A stretch of 64,000 nucleotides of DNA from a virus. This document shows, one piece after another, positions 14,707 to 28,700 of this stretch; within the stretch, counting starts at the first letter, position 1, and every line of letters begins with the position of its first letter. The stretch covers positions 9,884 through 73,883 of IMG/VR virus record IMGVR_UViG_3300033273_000208. One strand, given 5' to 3'. The notes beneath the pieces are model-generated. The model was not told the origin of the DNA. It did not search any database and saw only the letters and a program-made list of their open reading frames with translations. The position numbers and the translations under genes are program-made.

Positions 14707-16776
14707 ATGCCAGCCGTACCCTCTCAACTTACATCCCTTGATTTCTTTGAGATCAAGGAATCAATCAAGTCATATCTGAGAACTCGTGATGAGTTCAGCG
14801 ATTATGATTTTGAGGGGTCGTCTGCCTCTTATCTGATTGATATCTTAGCATACAACACGTACTACTCTGCGTTCAATGCCAACATGGCGCTGAACGAGAC
14901 TTTCCTTGAGTCGGCAACTGTTAGAGATAACATTGTTCGTGTTGCTAAGCAACTTAACTACACCCCCAGATCGATCAAAGCAGCTAGAGCTTGTGTTCGT
15001 ATCAACGTTCAAACCTCTGCTATTGGTTCTTCTACAAACTTCCCCGAAACCGTTACCCTTAGAAAGGGTGATGTGTTCGTTTCTAGAAACCTGACCGATA
15101 CTTTCATCTTTGCGGTTAGGAGTGATGTTCAAGTTTCGGTAGATCCGCAAACTGGACTTGCTGAGTTTAGCAAAATCATCTTCTACCAAGGAAACCTACT
15201 CAACTTTGAGTATACCGTTGATGATACTAAAGATCAGGACTTCATCGTTCCTTCGGAGAACGTTGATACTGAACTCATCAGAGTCTTTGTACGTCCTAAC
15301 GTACAGTCTCAAGAAACTGACGAGTATTCCCCTGTTGGAAACGCTGTGAACCTCGACGGAGGAAGTCGTGTGTACTTCCTTGAGGAAGCAGATGACCTCA
15401 GATATAAGATTATCTTTGGAGATGGCGTCCTGGGGCGTAAACTGCTCAATGGTGAGGTTATTAACATTGAGTATATCCGCACTGCGGGTCCAGAAGCAAA
15501 CGGTTGTACTGATTTTGCCTTTACTGGTCTGATTGTTGACTCTGAGGGTCGTCCTATTCCTCCTCAGAACATTATCATCACAACTATTGATGCTGCAACT
15601 GACGCTGAGGTCCGTGAATCGCCTCTGAGCATCAAGTTCAATGCTCCTAGATCGTTTGCGACACAAAACCGTGCCGTAACCGAGTCTGACTATGAGTTCA
15701 TCACCAAAAAGATCTATCCCCAAGCGGCATCGGTCACTGCATATGGTGGTGAGAAGTTAAATCCGCCGATTTACGGAAAAGTGTACATCGCTATCCGTTC
15801 TAAGTCGGGTACAAGACTGAATGCAACGACAAAAGCACAGATTAAGAACAATCTGCTTCCATATGCAATGGCGTCAATCGAGCCTGTCATTACAGACCCG
15901 ACTTCGTTCTTCGTTGTTCCCAAATCTTGGGTATATTACGATGGAAACTGCGCTGTGAAGAGTTCTGCAGAACTGAAGACCGATCTTCTCCGCAGTATTG
16001 ACAAATATAACGCTGCTGGCCAATCAAATCGCTTTGGTGGTCGTATTGAAGGTTCAAAATACAGCTCTATGCTGGATGCGACCAATCCCTGCATCTCTGG
16101 TAGCGTTACTCAACTCTCTTTGGGTCAAAATCTGGAAAACTTCACTTTCGGTACCGTATTTACCGAGTGTCTGGATTTTGGTAACCCCATTCATAACCCC
16201 AATGACCTGACAGGCAATGATGGCGATGGTAATCAGTGTGCACCTGTCTTCTCATCCGTAAAATCGGGCGTATTCTACGCTACAGGATATACAGCAGATC
16301 TTGTAGACCTGATTGCTGGTGGAATCAGCACCACTCAGGTTGCGAATACAATCGTTAGTGTGGATCAAGAAACTCTCGTCCCCGTAAACATCAGGGACGA
16401 TGGTAGAGGGTCATTGATGCTCGTTACGACCAGAAACGAGAAAGAACTCATTTTGAATAGTAACGTTGGTACTGTGGATTATTCCTCAGGTATCGTCTGT
16501 GTTGGACCCATTGCTATTGCAGGTACACCAGACGATACAGAACGCCTTCCTGTGTCGGTTAACCCCTATTCGTCTTCTATCGTCATTCCCCCTGGTGTGG
16601 ATCCTGCAATCTTCAATCCTGGTGTTTTCCCCATTGATTACAACACCAATAATAACGTGACATCGCCCTTCGATCCTAACAACTTCGACTCCTGGAACTA
16701 CGGAACGACCGACATAAATATCATTGATTATCCCACGGATACGTTTGTGTATCCTGAGTTCGAGTCTTGTTTCTAA
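14707..16776 (+). CDS. gp6: baseplate wedge subunit gp6
   Basis: LDFFEIK...DYDFEGS...LIDILAYNTYY...FLESA..R; QNRAVT..DY. Confidence 0.95.
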   Translation: MPAVPSQLTSLDFFEIKESIKSYLRTRDEFSDYDFEGSSASYLIDILAYNTYYSAFNANMALNETFLESATVRDNIVRVAKQLNYTPRSIKAARACVRINVQTSAIGSSTNFPETVTLRKGDVFVSRNLTDTFIFAVRSDVQVSVDPQTGLAEFSKIIFYQGNLLNFEYTVDDTKDQDFIVPSENVDTELIRVFVRPNVQSQETDEYSPVGNAVNLDGGSRVYFLEEADDLRYKIIFGDGVLGRKLLNGEVINIEYIRTAGPEANGCTDFAFTGLIVDSEGRPIPPQNIIITTIDAATDAEVRESPLSIKFNAPRSFATQNRAVTESDYEFITKKIYPQAASVTAYGGEKLNPPIYGKVYIAIRSKSGTRLNATTKAQIKNNLLPYAMASIEPVITDPTSFFVVPKSWVYYDGNCAVKSSAELKTDLLRSIDKYNAAGQSNRFGGRIEGSKYSSMLDATNPCISGSVTQLSLGQNLENFTFGTVFTECLDFGNPIHNPNDLTGNDGDGNQCAPVFSSVKSGVFYATGYTADLVDLIAGGISTTQVANTIVSVDQETLVPVNIRDDGRGSLMLVTTRNEKELILNSNVGTVDYSSGIVCVGPIAIAGTPDDTERLPVSVNPYSSSIVIPPGVDPAIFNPGVFPIDYNTNNNVTSPFDPNNFDSWNYGTTDINIIDYPTDTFVYPEFESCF
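16714..16720 (+). promoter_or_regulatory. T4-type late promoter
   Basis: ATAAATA upstream of gp7. Confidence 0.6.
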
Positions 16777-16781
16777 GATAA

Positions 16782-19700
16782 ATGCAAAAGAACATCAACG
16801 TATCTGACAGAGTTGCTTATCAGGTACCTGATTTTATCAGGGAAGAAGATCAGCAGTTCGTAGACTTCCTGTTTGAATACTACAAGTCACAGGAAAAGAC
16901 AGGCAGGCCCTTTGACATCCTCAATAACGTCAATCTCTACCTGGACGTTGATTCTTATTCTCAGAGAACCCTCTCTGCAGGCACCACACTGCTCAAGGAC
17001 ATCGGTTTCGTTGAAGACCTCATTGAGGTTGAGTCGATTGATGGATTTATCGAAAAGGATGGCAGCATCCTGATCGATAATGAAGTCATCTACTACGAAT
17101 CGCTGACTAGAGGTCCTGATGCGATTCTGACCCCTGGCATTTCGATCGAAGAGTTCAAGAAGAAAGAACAACTCCTGGAATCTCCGTTCCAATACTTTGA
17201 TGGCGTCCAAAACACCTTTGATCTACGATTCCTTGGTGAACCGATTCAACCCGTCTCGGCAGATCACCTCATTGTGCGTGTTTATGGCGTAGCACAGATT
17301 CCTGGTGAAGACTATTTCGTTGAAGGCGACACTATTCGCTTTGCAACACCCCCTAGAGAAAAACTCGGCACCGATGACCCGAACACAACCTCCATTATCT
17401 ACATGGTGGGTTTTGCGGACATCAATATCGACACTCTGGACGAAAATCCAATCCAAGATGGTTCTAAGACCCATCCGCTTCGCTTTGGTACTCAGTTCTA
17501 TACTCCAGTATCAGAAGTTGGTCTGATCGTCAACAGAAATGGTGTCTTCCAGCAACCATTTGTTGATTATGTGATCTATCAGACTACTGCTGATGGCACA
17601 TACATTGAGTTCCGTGGTTTGCAACTGTCTGCCAGCGAAAGACTGACGATTCGTTCGATTGAGTACATTTCTCCCGCTGTTGGATCGGGGGCTCAGATCG
17701 TTTCTAGTGTCAATGAAGACGGTCTTCTGATCGACCTCCTGGTTAAAGAGGGTGGTAGTGGTTATCGCCTTGAGTTTGCACCCAAAGTAACCATTACTCC
17801 GTCTGACCTTGGTGGTGTCGGTGCAACTGCACGTAGTTTGATCGGTGGTGCTAAAAATATTAACTTGATCGGTGGTGGTCAGGGATATACCTCATATAAC
17901 CCCCCTCTGATTGAGATTGCTCCCCCTACAAACCCCTATGGCACTCAAGCAACAGCAGAACTGGTTGTTGATGATGAAACTGGTCAGGTAAGTTCCCTCA
18001 AGATCACTAACTCTGGTTCTGGTTACGACTTCATCCCCGCAGTTAGTTTTAAGAACCCCAGTGGTGCTGCGATTACCGATCCTGAGATTGACAGTGAGGG
18101 TCGTCTGGTAACCGACAGCATTAGTGTGACTAATGGTGGTCTTGGTTATTCCAATCCCCCTCTGGTACATATTGACCAGGCTCCTGTAGGTGGCATTGAT
18201 GCCCAAGCAGTCGCTGTTTTGAACCCTGAGGGCATTGTGGTCCAAGTTGTGATCACAAACCGTGGTAGAGGGTATACCAATGCCCCCAGAGCACGTATTA
18301 TTCAACCCGTTGGTGCACAAGTCCTTGGTGTGACTGTTGCATCTGGTTCAGTTACTGACATTGAACTGCTGACTGGTGGTAGAGGTTACGTTGACCCCCC
18401 ATCTGTCTATATTGTCGATGATCGTAAGGACTCTGCTGGTCTCCCCATCGGCGGTACTGGTGCAACTGCTGTTGCAACCATCTTTAACGGTGAAATCACA
18501 GATATCAGCATTACCAACTTTGGTGAGGGGTATGATCCCGCATTCCCACCGAAAATCTACATTGCAGAACCTCAAGCGGCTAGAGCATCTGTAGATATCG
18601 GTTTTGATGAGGTTACTGGATTTGAAATCAACACACCTGGCTCTGGGTACAAACCCTCTGCTCTGGTGGGCTGTGTGCGTGGCACCAGCGGAACCATCTC
18701 CTACGATAATGTAGGAAACCAAATCTTTGCAACCGAATCTCAACTCAAACTCAGCAATCATATTGCTGGTGCTGAAGTTGTCTCTCTCGACACACTTTTC
18801 TTACGTCAGATCTTTGATAAGATTCGCCGTCAGTACCTGCCGACCATTCGACTGGATTATACCAAGGTAAATCCCGTTCAGGTCATCAAACGTATCCGTG
18901 ACTTCTATGTATCTAAGGGTACTAAGACTGCAACTCAGTTCCTGTTCAAAGTTCTGTTTGGTGAAGAGGTTGATGTCTACTATCCCCGCGATGAGGTCAT
19001 TTCTCCTTCTGCTGCAAGTTGGGTTGTTGATACCATCCTTCGTGCAACCCTTATTGAGGGTAACCCAGACGATCTGATCGATGGTGAGATCGTTCAACTC
19101 GTAGATGAAGTCGATACTAACGTTACTGCTGCTTCTGCATTGATTGAGAACGTTATCTCGATTATTAAAGGCACTGACACCATTTACGAACTGGCAATCT
19201 CTGAAGAAACCCTTCAGGGCAAGTTTATCATCCCATATAAGACAAAACTGGTTGAGTTTCTGAGCAAGACTGATCAGATCATCACTGTGGACTCCACAAT
19301 CGGATGGCCTGCAAGAAACGGTACAATCCGAATCAATGATGAGGAAGTTGTTCAGTATAAAGAGCGTTCACTGAACCAGTTCATCGAATGTACTCGTTCT
19401 AAGAACGGTGTGGTTGAAGATTGGGATCCTGGCACTATTATCTATTCTGATATCTACGTTTACGTCAACTATGGCACTGATCAGCAGTGCAAACTGCGTA
19501 TTCTGGGTATTGCTGAAGCAGGAAGTACAACTCTCGACGATACTGGTTCTTACTACCTCGAAGGCGATAAACTGACCGTTGCATCTCTTGGTGCTACCGA
19601 TCAGGACGAAAAACTGTCCTCTTGGTTGTACAACGTCAAAAAACTGATTTCGGTTGAGTCTGCAACTCCTGGTGGTCAGAATAATCAGACTGCAACCATC

Positions 19701-22700
19701 GTAACAAGCAATCCTCATGGTTTGCTGGTGGAAGATAACGTGACAGTCTATGGTGCAAACCCAACTGTCTATAACGGCACTTTCCAAGTCACAGCACGTC
19801 TTGATGAGTATACATTCTCCTATCAGATGCTTGCTCCTACGGATATTATTCCTCAGGGCAACATTCTGCTGTCGGTTGACCTAAACCGTGGTAAGTCCGA
19901 CGTTACTGCGATCAATACTGCGATCACACCGTTTACCAGTAATATCCAAAACTCGTTCTTCAATGCACAGTATGTTTATGCTGCTGCAACGGGTCTTCCC
20001 AACTACAAAGTTGGTCCGTTTATTGGCACTGCACTGATTCCTGGTAACCAACGCAAACTCTTGCGTTTCCCCAGAAAGGCAACAACGGTCTCCAAGCGTG
20101 AAACTGTAAGACCCAACACTGCCGTTGGTGCATGGGTCAATGGTGTTTCTGTATGGTCCTATAAGTCCTCTGAGTTCCTGCGCTATGGTCCCCTGACAAG
20201 CATTGACATCACTAATGGTGGTCAAGGGTATGACGCTGGCAATAAACCACAACTGGAGATTTCTGGTGGTGGTGGATCTGGTGCAACTGCAGAAGTTACC
20301 GTTAATGGTTCCCTGTTCTCCATTGAGGTCACTGACGGTGGTACTGGATATAAGACACAACCTCTGGTGTCGGTTGTTGGTGGCGATGGCATTGGTGCTA
20401 CAGCACAAGCCGTTATCACTGGTGGTCGTGTAAGTCGTGTTCTGGTCGAACAACCTGGAACTGGATATACATCCCAACCCCTGATCTCTATTACTGGTGG
20501 TGGCGGTAGTGGTGCTACAGCAACTGCAAGTGTCCGTGGTCCTATTTCTGCAGTAACTCTGACCAATGCTGGTTCTGGTTACACAGAACTTCCCACTATT
20601 AACCTAAACTCTGGTTCTGGTGCTCTTGCACAACCAATCGTTATCAATGGTCGTATTGTCTCTATTGCTATCATCAACTCTGGTAGTGGTTACACAACTG
20701 CACCCAACATTGTGATTAACGGCGATGGTTTTGGTGCTATCGCAAAAGCAGTCATTGGAACTATCGGTGAAGATAAGGGTAAGGTCATTAGTGTCCAGAT
20801 CCTGAACAAGGGCATTAACTATACTCAGGGCAATACAACAATCCGTTTGGAGGCAGTTGGTGAGTTTGCAACGTTCAAACCCAATGTTTTCCAATGGACC
20901 AAGAACCTGCATTATGATCTTGCAGACAAGTATGACTTTGCAAGAGGTTATGTCTTCACAGGTTACAATAACCAGTTCGGTGGCGAATATGCACACCTCG
21001 TTGACCCGAAAGAACTGCGCTATGTAGTTGGTGACAACGTATTCCTGGATCCTGCAACAAATACATTCCAAGAACAGACTGCTAACAACGAGCACTCTCC
21101 GATTCTTGGTTGGGCATACGATGGTAACCCCATCTATGGACCATATGGTTATATCGACCCCACAGACCAGAATAGTGGTCTGAGAAGACTCCGTTCTTCT
21201 TATCAGTTGAAGTCTTCACTGGTCTACGAGGTAGACTCCAACCCCAATCCCACTCGTGGCGATGGTCCTCCGCTGAGTGAGTATCCTGCTGGTACATTCG
21301 TTGATGACTACGAGTATGCATTCCAGTTGGGTGATCTGGACCCCTACAACGGTCGTTTCTGTAAGACCCCCGAGTATCCTGACGGCACTTATGCATATTT
21401 CGTCACTATTGACGAATCTGATGCGGGTCAAGCAGTATTCCCATATATCATTGGTCCTGAGTTCTATTCTCAACCAGATACCTGGAATATGAGTCAGGAT
21501 GCGACTCAGGATAATATTCCTTCCGATGTTGTCCGTTTCCGCGATCCGTTTACCGAAGTTGACATTGATGTTGATCGTCAACCCAACAGAGAACCAGATA
21601 TCCTGACTACAGAACTTGAGGCATATCCTCTGATCTTGGAAATCCAAGATACTAACGGTGATGGCATCATTGACTCTAATGAGCAGTTAGAAACTATCGA
21701 ACTCTCTGAAGAATCAACTCTACAAATCTATGATTACTTCCCAACTGTTTCTGACGAGTCTAGAGTTGATATTGAAGTCGAAACTATTACTAAGTTTGAA
21801 TCCGCACAGATTGACGGATTCGTTATCGAAAATCCTGGTGTTTCTTATCAGGTAGATGACGTTATCTTCTTCAATAATGAGGGATCTGGTGGTTTTGGTG
21901 CTTCTGCAGCGGTTTCTGCTGTTGAAGGTCTCAGCATCCTCGGATATCAGAAGATCATTGAAGATGATGTGGTATACGGTAAGATTACCACTGATGGTAA
22001 CCACGAACTGTATGTTGGTGATGAGGTAATCGTTACATCTACAGTTATCCCCGACAATACCAATAAAACCTACTATACCAAGGTTGTTTCTGGTATTGAG
22101 GATATTGTCATTGATCAAGAGGGAGTTGGTTACAACGAATCGATTCCTCCCACATATGAACTGATCACGACTTCTGGTCAGGATGCAGTATTTAATCTGA
22201 ACGTTACTCAGACTGGTCAGATTACAGAGGCTCAGATCAGCATTATCAACTCTGGTAATCAGTATGATCCTGAGAATCCTCCACAAGTACGTGTCTCCCA
22301 CCCACAAATCTTCAAGAAGACTCGCTACTATGCTGGTGAATACAGAGAAACCACTCAGAGTGAGGAAACTCTTGGTGTATTCAATGTCAACCACTCACTG
22401 ACAAATGCTCTTCGTTATACCTATGTCTGTGGTTCCATCACTAAGTCAGATGGCACAACCGCTGCATGGATTGCTAAGTTTAACGATGTTGGCGATCTGA
22501 TTTGGGATCGTACACTCGAAACCATCGATGGTATCACCAAGACTGCTAGATTCAAGCAGATGTACCTCGATGAGCGTGCAGAGAATGACATTATCTATGT
22601 TGTTGGTGAAACTGAGTACGATAATGCAAACAATCGTCCCGACATCCTACTCGTTAAGTATGAGTCGGCATTTGACAATGCAAACCAACCCGAAGGTCAA

Positions 22701-25700
22701 GTAAGATACCAGAAGGAGATTTCTGGTGTGTCTGGTACTACTCGTCGTGACTATGCGATGGGTATCACCCTTGGCGAAGAAGAAAGAGTATACATCTGCG
22801 GTTATACCGACACCAACTCACCCGACCCCGATGATATGTGGGTCATTCAGATGAATGAAGAAGGTGAGATGAGAGAGAAGCGTAAGTTCTCTTCTTCGGA
22901 TGATGATGAGCGTATGCACCAGATCAAGTATCTGGGTGATGCAAGATATCTGTTTGTCGGCATGAATATGTCCGACTATTACATGATTATTGGTGAGTTC
23001 TTCTTCGATGGTAATAACATCGAACTTTCCTATGCTAAGAACATCAATATCTCTGGTGGTAGACCCCAGAATCCTCGTTTCACGATTGACAACTATAATG
23101 ATGTATATCTGACATTTGATATCTTTAACAATGCCATCCAGAAGAACTCTGCTGTTGGTATTGCCAAGTTTGCTTATGATCAGATCAATGCTAATGAACC
23201 CACCTGGGATTGGTATAAAATCCTTGCACCTAGCACAGAGTTTGTTTCTATCACCAATGCAGACATCAATATTGATATTTTTGGTAATGTGACCCTGGTC
23301 ACTGACACCAAACTTACCGAAAACACCAGAAAAGTTGGTGCTCACTATATTAAGTTTGATGGTGAGATTCTTAAGCAATCTACTATCGAAGATGTTGACA
23401 CAGTTGGTGTTCAGGCAACAACCCACACTGTTGATGATTCGGGAGACCTGATCATCTTTGGTCAGAAGCAAAAGTCCGATCAAGCGGCATCTTACCGTTT
23501 TGATGGTTCTGAGGGTAGTGGCGGATTTATTTCTGCTATTACTAACATTACTGGCACTGCCGCAACTCGTGGTGCTGGTGTTGGTACTCTTGGTTCTATT
23601 TCTGCGGCAGATCAAATCAGAGCAACCAATATCGGCACTCTGACTACTGCAACTGCTGTCAACGTTCTCCGTGCTGGTAAGATCTCAACCGTTGGTGGAT
23701 TTAGTGCTGCTGATGTTCGACGTGCAGGTACCGTCCTTGATCTGGAGAACTTCAGTGCTGCTGATGCCCGTCGTGGTGGTGCAGTTAATGGTGTAACCAA
23801 CATCTCCGCTGCAGATCCGAAGCGTGGTGGTGTTATTGCATCTGTAAACAATATTGGTGCTGCAGATCAAGCAAGAGGTGGTCGAATCACCTTGATGGCA
23901 AATATCTCTGCTGCAGACCCCATCCGTGGTGGTAATATCCTCGGTGTTGGTAATGTTAGTGCTTCCGATCCTTCCAGAACTGCTGGAACATATCAGGCTG
24001 TTACCTATACAACATCTGGTAGTGGTGTTAATGCCGTCTTTGATATTACAGTCAATGCTGCAGGTGCAGCAATCATTACAGTTGTAAATGGTGGTATTTC
24101 GTTTGCAATCAACGAAACAATCACTGTTGCTGACGCTCAGTTGGGCGGTGGTGGTGCACCTGATGTGACATTCCAAGTCAATGCTATTGGTGGTTTTAAC
24201 TACACAAATGTTCCTGTAACCAGTACAGATGTAAACAGCACTGGTTCTGGTGCCACTGTGGATGTTGGTGTTTCTTCCACTGGTGATGTTTCCTTGACAG
24301 TCAACCAAGGTGGTATTGGATACTATAACGGTGAGACTCTGACCATTTCCGATTCGGATATCGGTGCCTCTGGTGCAGCGAACCCAACGTTTGATGTATC
24401 TGGTCTTGGTGGATTCTCTTATACCAACGTTGCTAGCACAAACAATGGTGTTGGTGTTAATGCAACCTTTAACGTAACTATTGATGGCACGGGTGCGGCA
24501 ATCGTTGTACAGGTCAATCAGGGTGGTCTTGCATATGCTGCAGGCGACACAGTAACCATTTCAGATTCTCTGCTTGGCAATAATGGTGCAGCAAACCTGA
24601 CCTTTGATGTTGAAACGATTACTGCTCCTGCAACATATACAAACGTTGCTGCCACTTCGACAAGTGGCATCGGTACAAATGCAACGTTCTCCGTCACTAT
24701 CGATGCTAACGGTGCCGCATCTATCGTATCTGGCACTCCTGCTGGTCTGTCTTATGCGGTCGGTGACACCATTACGATTGCAGACACATCTCTGGGCAAT
24801 AGTGGTGCTGCTGACCTCACATTTGAGGTAGCAACCATCAAAGCACCCCCTCTGTATAGCAACGTTGCTACAACATCTAATGGTGCTGGTTCTGGTCTGA
24901 CTCTGCAGGTCACTATCAATGCAGATGGTTCTGTAGCATTCTTGAACGTCACCGATCCTGGTAATGGATATGTGGTTGGTGATACCATCACTATCCAAGA
25001 TGCAGATGTTGGTGGTACTGGTGCTCCAAATATTACTGCAGATGTTGAGTCTGTTGGTGGTGGTGCAATCTATACCGTAAGCAACTTTACGAGCACTGGT
25101 TCTGGTACTGGTGCCACATTCAACGTCACTGTTGACAGTAGTGGTGCTATTTCTCAGGTAAATATCATTAACAGTGGTAATGGATTCGTTGCTAACGAGA
25201 CCGTGACTGTTCCCGATAGTGAACTGGGTAACAACGGCGGTGCAGACTTCACATTCAATGTGACTGCAACTAACGGCATTACTTATAGTGGTATCTCCAC
25301 GTGGACATCCAGCAATAATGCATATGGTGGTGGTACTGGTGCAGTATTCAACATTGAGTTGGATAACCTGGGTAACTTTACAGCACTGACACCAATCAGC
25401 CGTGGTGCAAACTTTGTTCTTAACGACACAATCACCATCCCAGATTCTCAGTTGGGTAACACTGGGGCACCTGATGTAGTCCTGAGTGTGGCGTCCATTG
25501 AGGGTCATACTTACAATAATATTTCTGCCACCACAAGTGGAACTGGCGAACTCGCAACCTTCAATGTTGTCGTTGATGGCAATGGTCTGGCAACACCTAC
25601 TGTTAATGACCCTGGTAGAGAATATCAAACTGGTGATACATTCACCATTACCGATGCTCAACTTGGCAACTTTGGTGGTGCTAATCTGACCTTTGAGGTC

Positions 25701-28700
25701 ACCGTACTTCAAGGTATTGTCTATAGCAACATCAGTGCTTCTGAAGGCAGTGGCGTTAATGCATCTATCGACGTTAACGTTGATGCTAGCGGTGCTGTTA
25801 CTATCAATATGAATAAGACGGGTCGTGGATATCTGATTAGCGACACTCTGAGAGTAACTGATGCACAACTGGGTGGATATGGATATGCCGACATCACGTT
25901 TGATGTTCAAACAACCATTAACGTCTTTGATGAGACAAAACTGAACCGTGGTACTCCCCAATACTACAATGCAACCGATGCAACCATTGATACGGTTAAC
26001 TATAAGTGGGGAACTGGTTCTACTGCACTAACTGCAGCAAACCACTATGGTATTACAGGTTTCGACCTGAATACATCCGAGTGGACCCTGCAAGGTTGGT
26101 TCCGTATTGATAGTGCAACTCAAGCACTGAACAACTCTCAACCCACATTCTTCGAGACTCATCCTAATGATGGCAGCAACCCTTCCAATACGCTGAGACT
26201 GTATGTTGATGGTGATAGTGGTAGTGCAGACTATGGAAAACTGAAACTGGTCCATGAAGGAACCACTGACGTTGCGGTATCCGTTTCTGCTACTGTTTGG
26301 GCAACATTTGCTGGTGGCGCATGGGTTCATGTTGCACTGTCTAAGACTCAGCCCACATTGGGTGCATATGACTATGCAGCATACATCAACGGTCAACAGT
26401 TGGGTCTGTGGTCTGGTAGTACGGATGATATTGGTGTTGATGAAGTATACGTTGGTGGTATCAAAGTTCCAACAACATATACAACACTTATCGGTAACAT
26501 CGATGACTTTGTGATCGATGATGATAGTCAGTATTCTGGTGCTTCTTTCACTTTGCCTGATGCTGCTATTCCGATTAGAACAACAAACACTGGTGTATCG
26601 ATCTATAAGATCGATAGACAGCATGATCGTCGTGGAACATTTGCAGTAACTGATCTGCCGAACTCCACATCGGTTGCATTCCTCGCAGAATCTAACTGGT
26701 CATATAACACCCAGACTCAACCTGCAATGACTAACTGGGAGATTGGTCCTGGTGGTCTGCAGATTCTTGACTATGCTGAGGTTACCAGTCAGTTGACTAC
26801 AGGCATCTATACATTTGACTACGATTCCGTTCTGTACGGTTCTAAGACTTCTACCGTTCCTTCTCCTGGTGGAAAGAGACTTGTACTGTCTCCTGTCGTA
26901 ACACCAAAGTATTATATCAAGGATGCGACATATCAGAAGATTGATAGTGTCCAACAACTGACCTTTAATCAGGATGTCCGCTTTACTAAGGGGCAAATCC
27001 TGCAACAGTACAACGAGCAGGGCACTACCCAGCGTTACGGCACTATTGTTGAAGTTCCAGAGGGAACTATTGAGAATCCTGGTCTGGGCACAACCTACAA
27101 GATTGGTAACATCTTCCCTGCTGCAGCAACATTTAATACCACTGATAAAATCAGAAGCACCAGTGCAACTGATGCAGGTCTGAACGTTATTACTGGCATT
27201 ACATTCACAGTTGCTCGTGATTTTGCTGAATGGGAACAGGCGGCATCTTACATTGCTGGTGATCAGGTTTACTCTCAGGGTAATATTTACACAGCAACCA
27301 CCAATGGCACCGCTGGTACTAATGAACCAGTCCACACAACTGGCAATGCTAGCGATGGTGGTGTTTCTTGGGACTTCACAGTTTCTGCCAACACTCCCCT
27401 TGAAGTAGATCTGTCGAATACCCCATATCCTACACCTAAGGATCCTATCTGGACAAAACTGAAGATCTATGACATCGGTGATGTTGTCTACTACGGCAGA
27501 AACAAGTATACCGCAACTGCTGCTGGTCGTTCTTCTCAGAATCCTCCCACCCACACTACAGGCACTGCAACAGACGGTACTGTAACTTGGCAATATACTT
27601 CGACATATGATCCTCTGAGTGATTATGCAACCTTCAAAGAGTTTGATGCTGGTGAAAACTGGTATTCTCTCACGGTTAATAAAATCTACAGCGATTCCAA
27701 CTTCATTGCTAATGACAACCTTAGCATTGGTGGTTCGGTAACTGTCAATCCTAAAGAGGATGCACCCACTATCCTTCAAATCAATGGTATCGGTAGTGTC
27801 AAAGAGATCTCTCTCATTGCAGTTCTCGACAAGACAATCCTCGTTGATACGCAGGAAAGAACTGATCTTGTTTACTGTGTCGCAAATAGTGCACACAAAT
27901 ACTCCGCAAATGACATCCTGTTTACAGAAGGATTCAGCACAAGCGAGTTTAATGGTTCGTTCTTCGTCAGAGAAGTCTTCTCTTCTAGAGAGTTTACTTT
28001 CCAAGTTCGTGAAACACCTGCAGCAGAACCAGCATTCCTGCAGAACAGCATTGCTCGTGTAAACATTTACACTAAGCACCCAACTCTGCTTCTGATCAGG
28101 AACCACAACTACCTCTTTGATATGAGTGACAGCAGTAACCTTGGTTACTATCTGTCATTCTCTCAAGATAACGAGTTCAAACTGGAATACTCCTTCAATA
28201 ATATTGAACGTCAGGGAACTCCTGGTGTGTTTGACGGTACCAATGCACCATTCGTTAAACTCAAAGTTGACGGTCAAGTTACTAATATCTCTTATTACTT
28301 CGACCCCTCCAGAACTGGTGCAAACTCCCCTGTGGGTGATAAGTCCTTCATTGATGTTAAGAAGACACCGTTTGACGGCAGATATACCGTCAGCAAAGTT
28401 CTTTCTCAGACTGAGTTCCAGTTCCCACTGCTATTTGAACCTGAAAACAATAATGCCGAAATCGGTAGTGATGATCAGGGCAATCCATATTCCGTTTACT
28501 CCACAACATCCAAGAGAGCAATCGGTCCTATTGCAGACATCAAACTGATTTCTGCTGGTGGTTTCTATCAGAGACTGCCCATCATTTCCGATATTGCATC
28601 TTTCCGTCAGATTGAGCGTGTTGAGATTATCTCTGGTGGTTCTGAGTATGCTATCGGTACATATGATCAGGTGCCCATTAACGGTGACGGTGAAGGCGGT

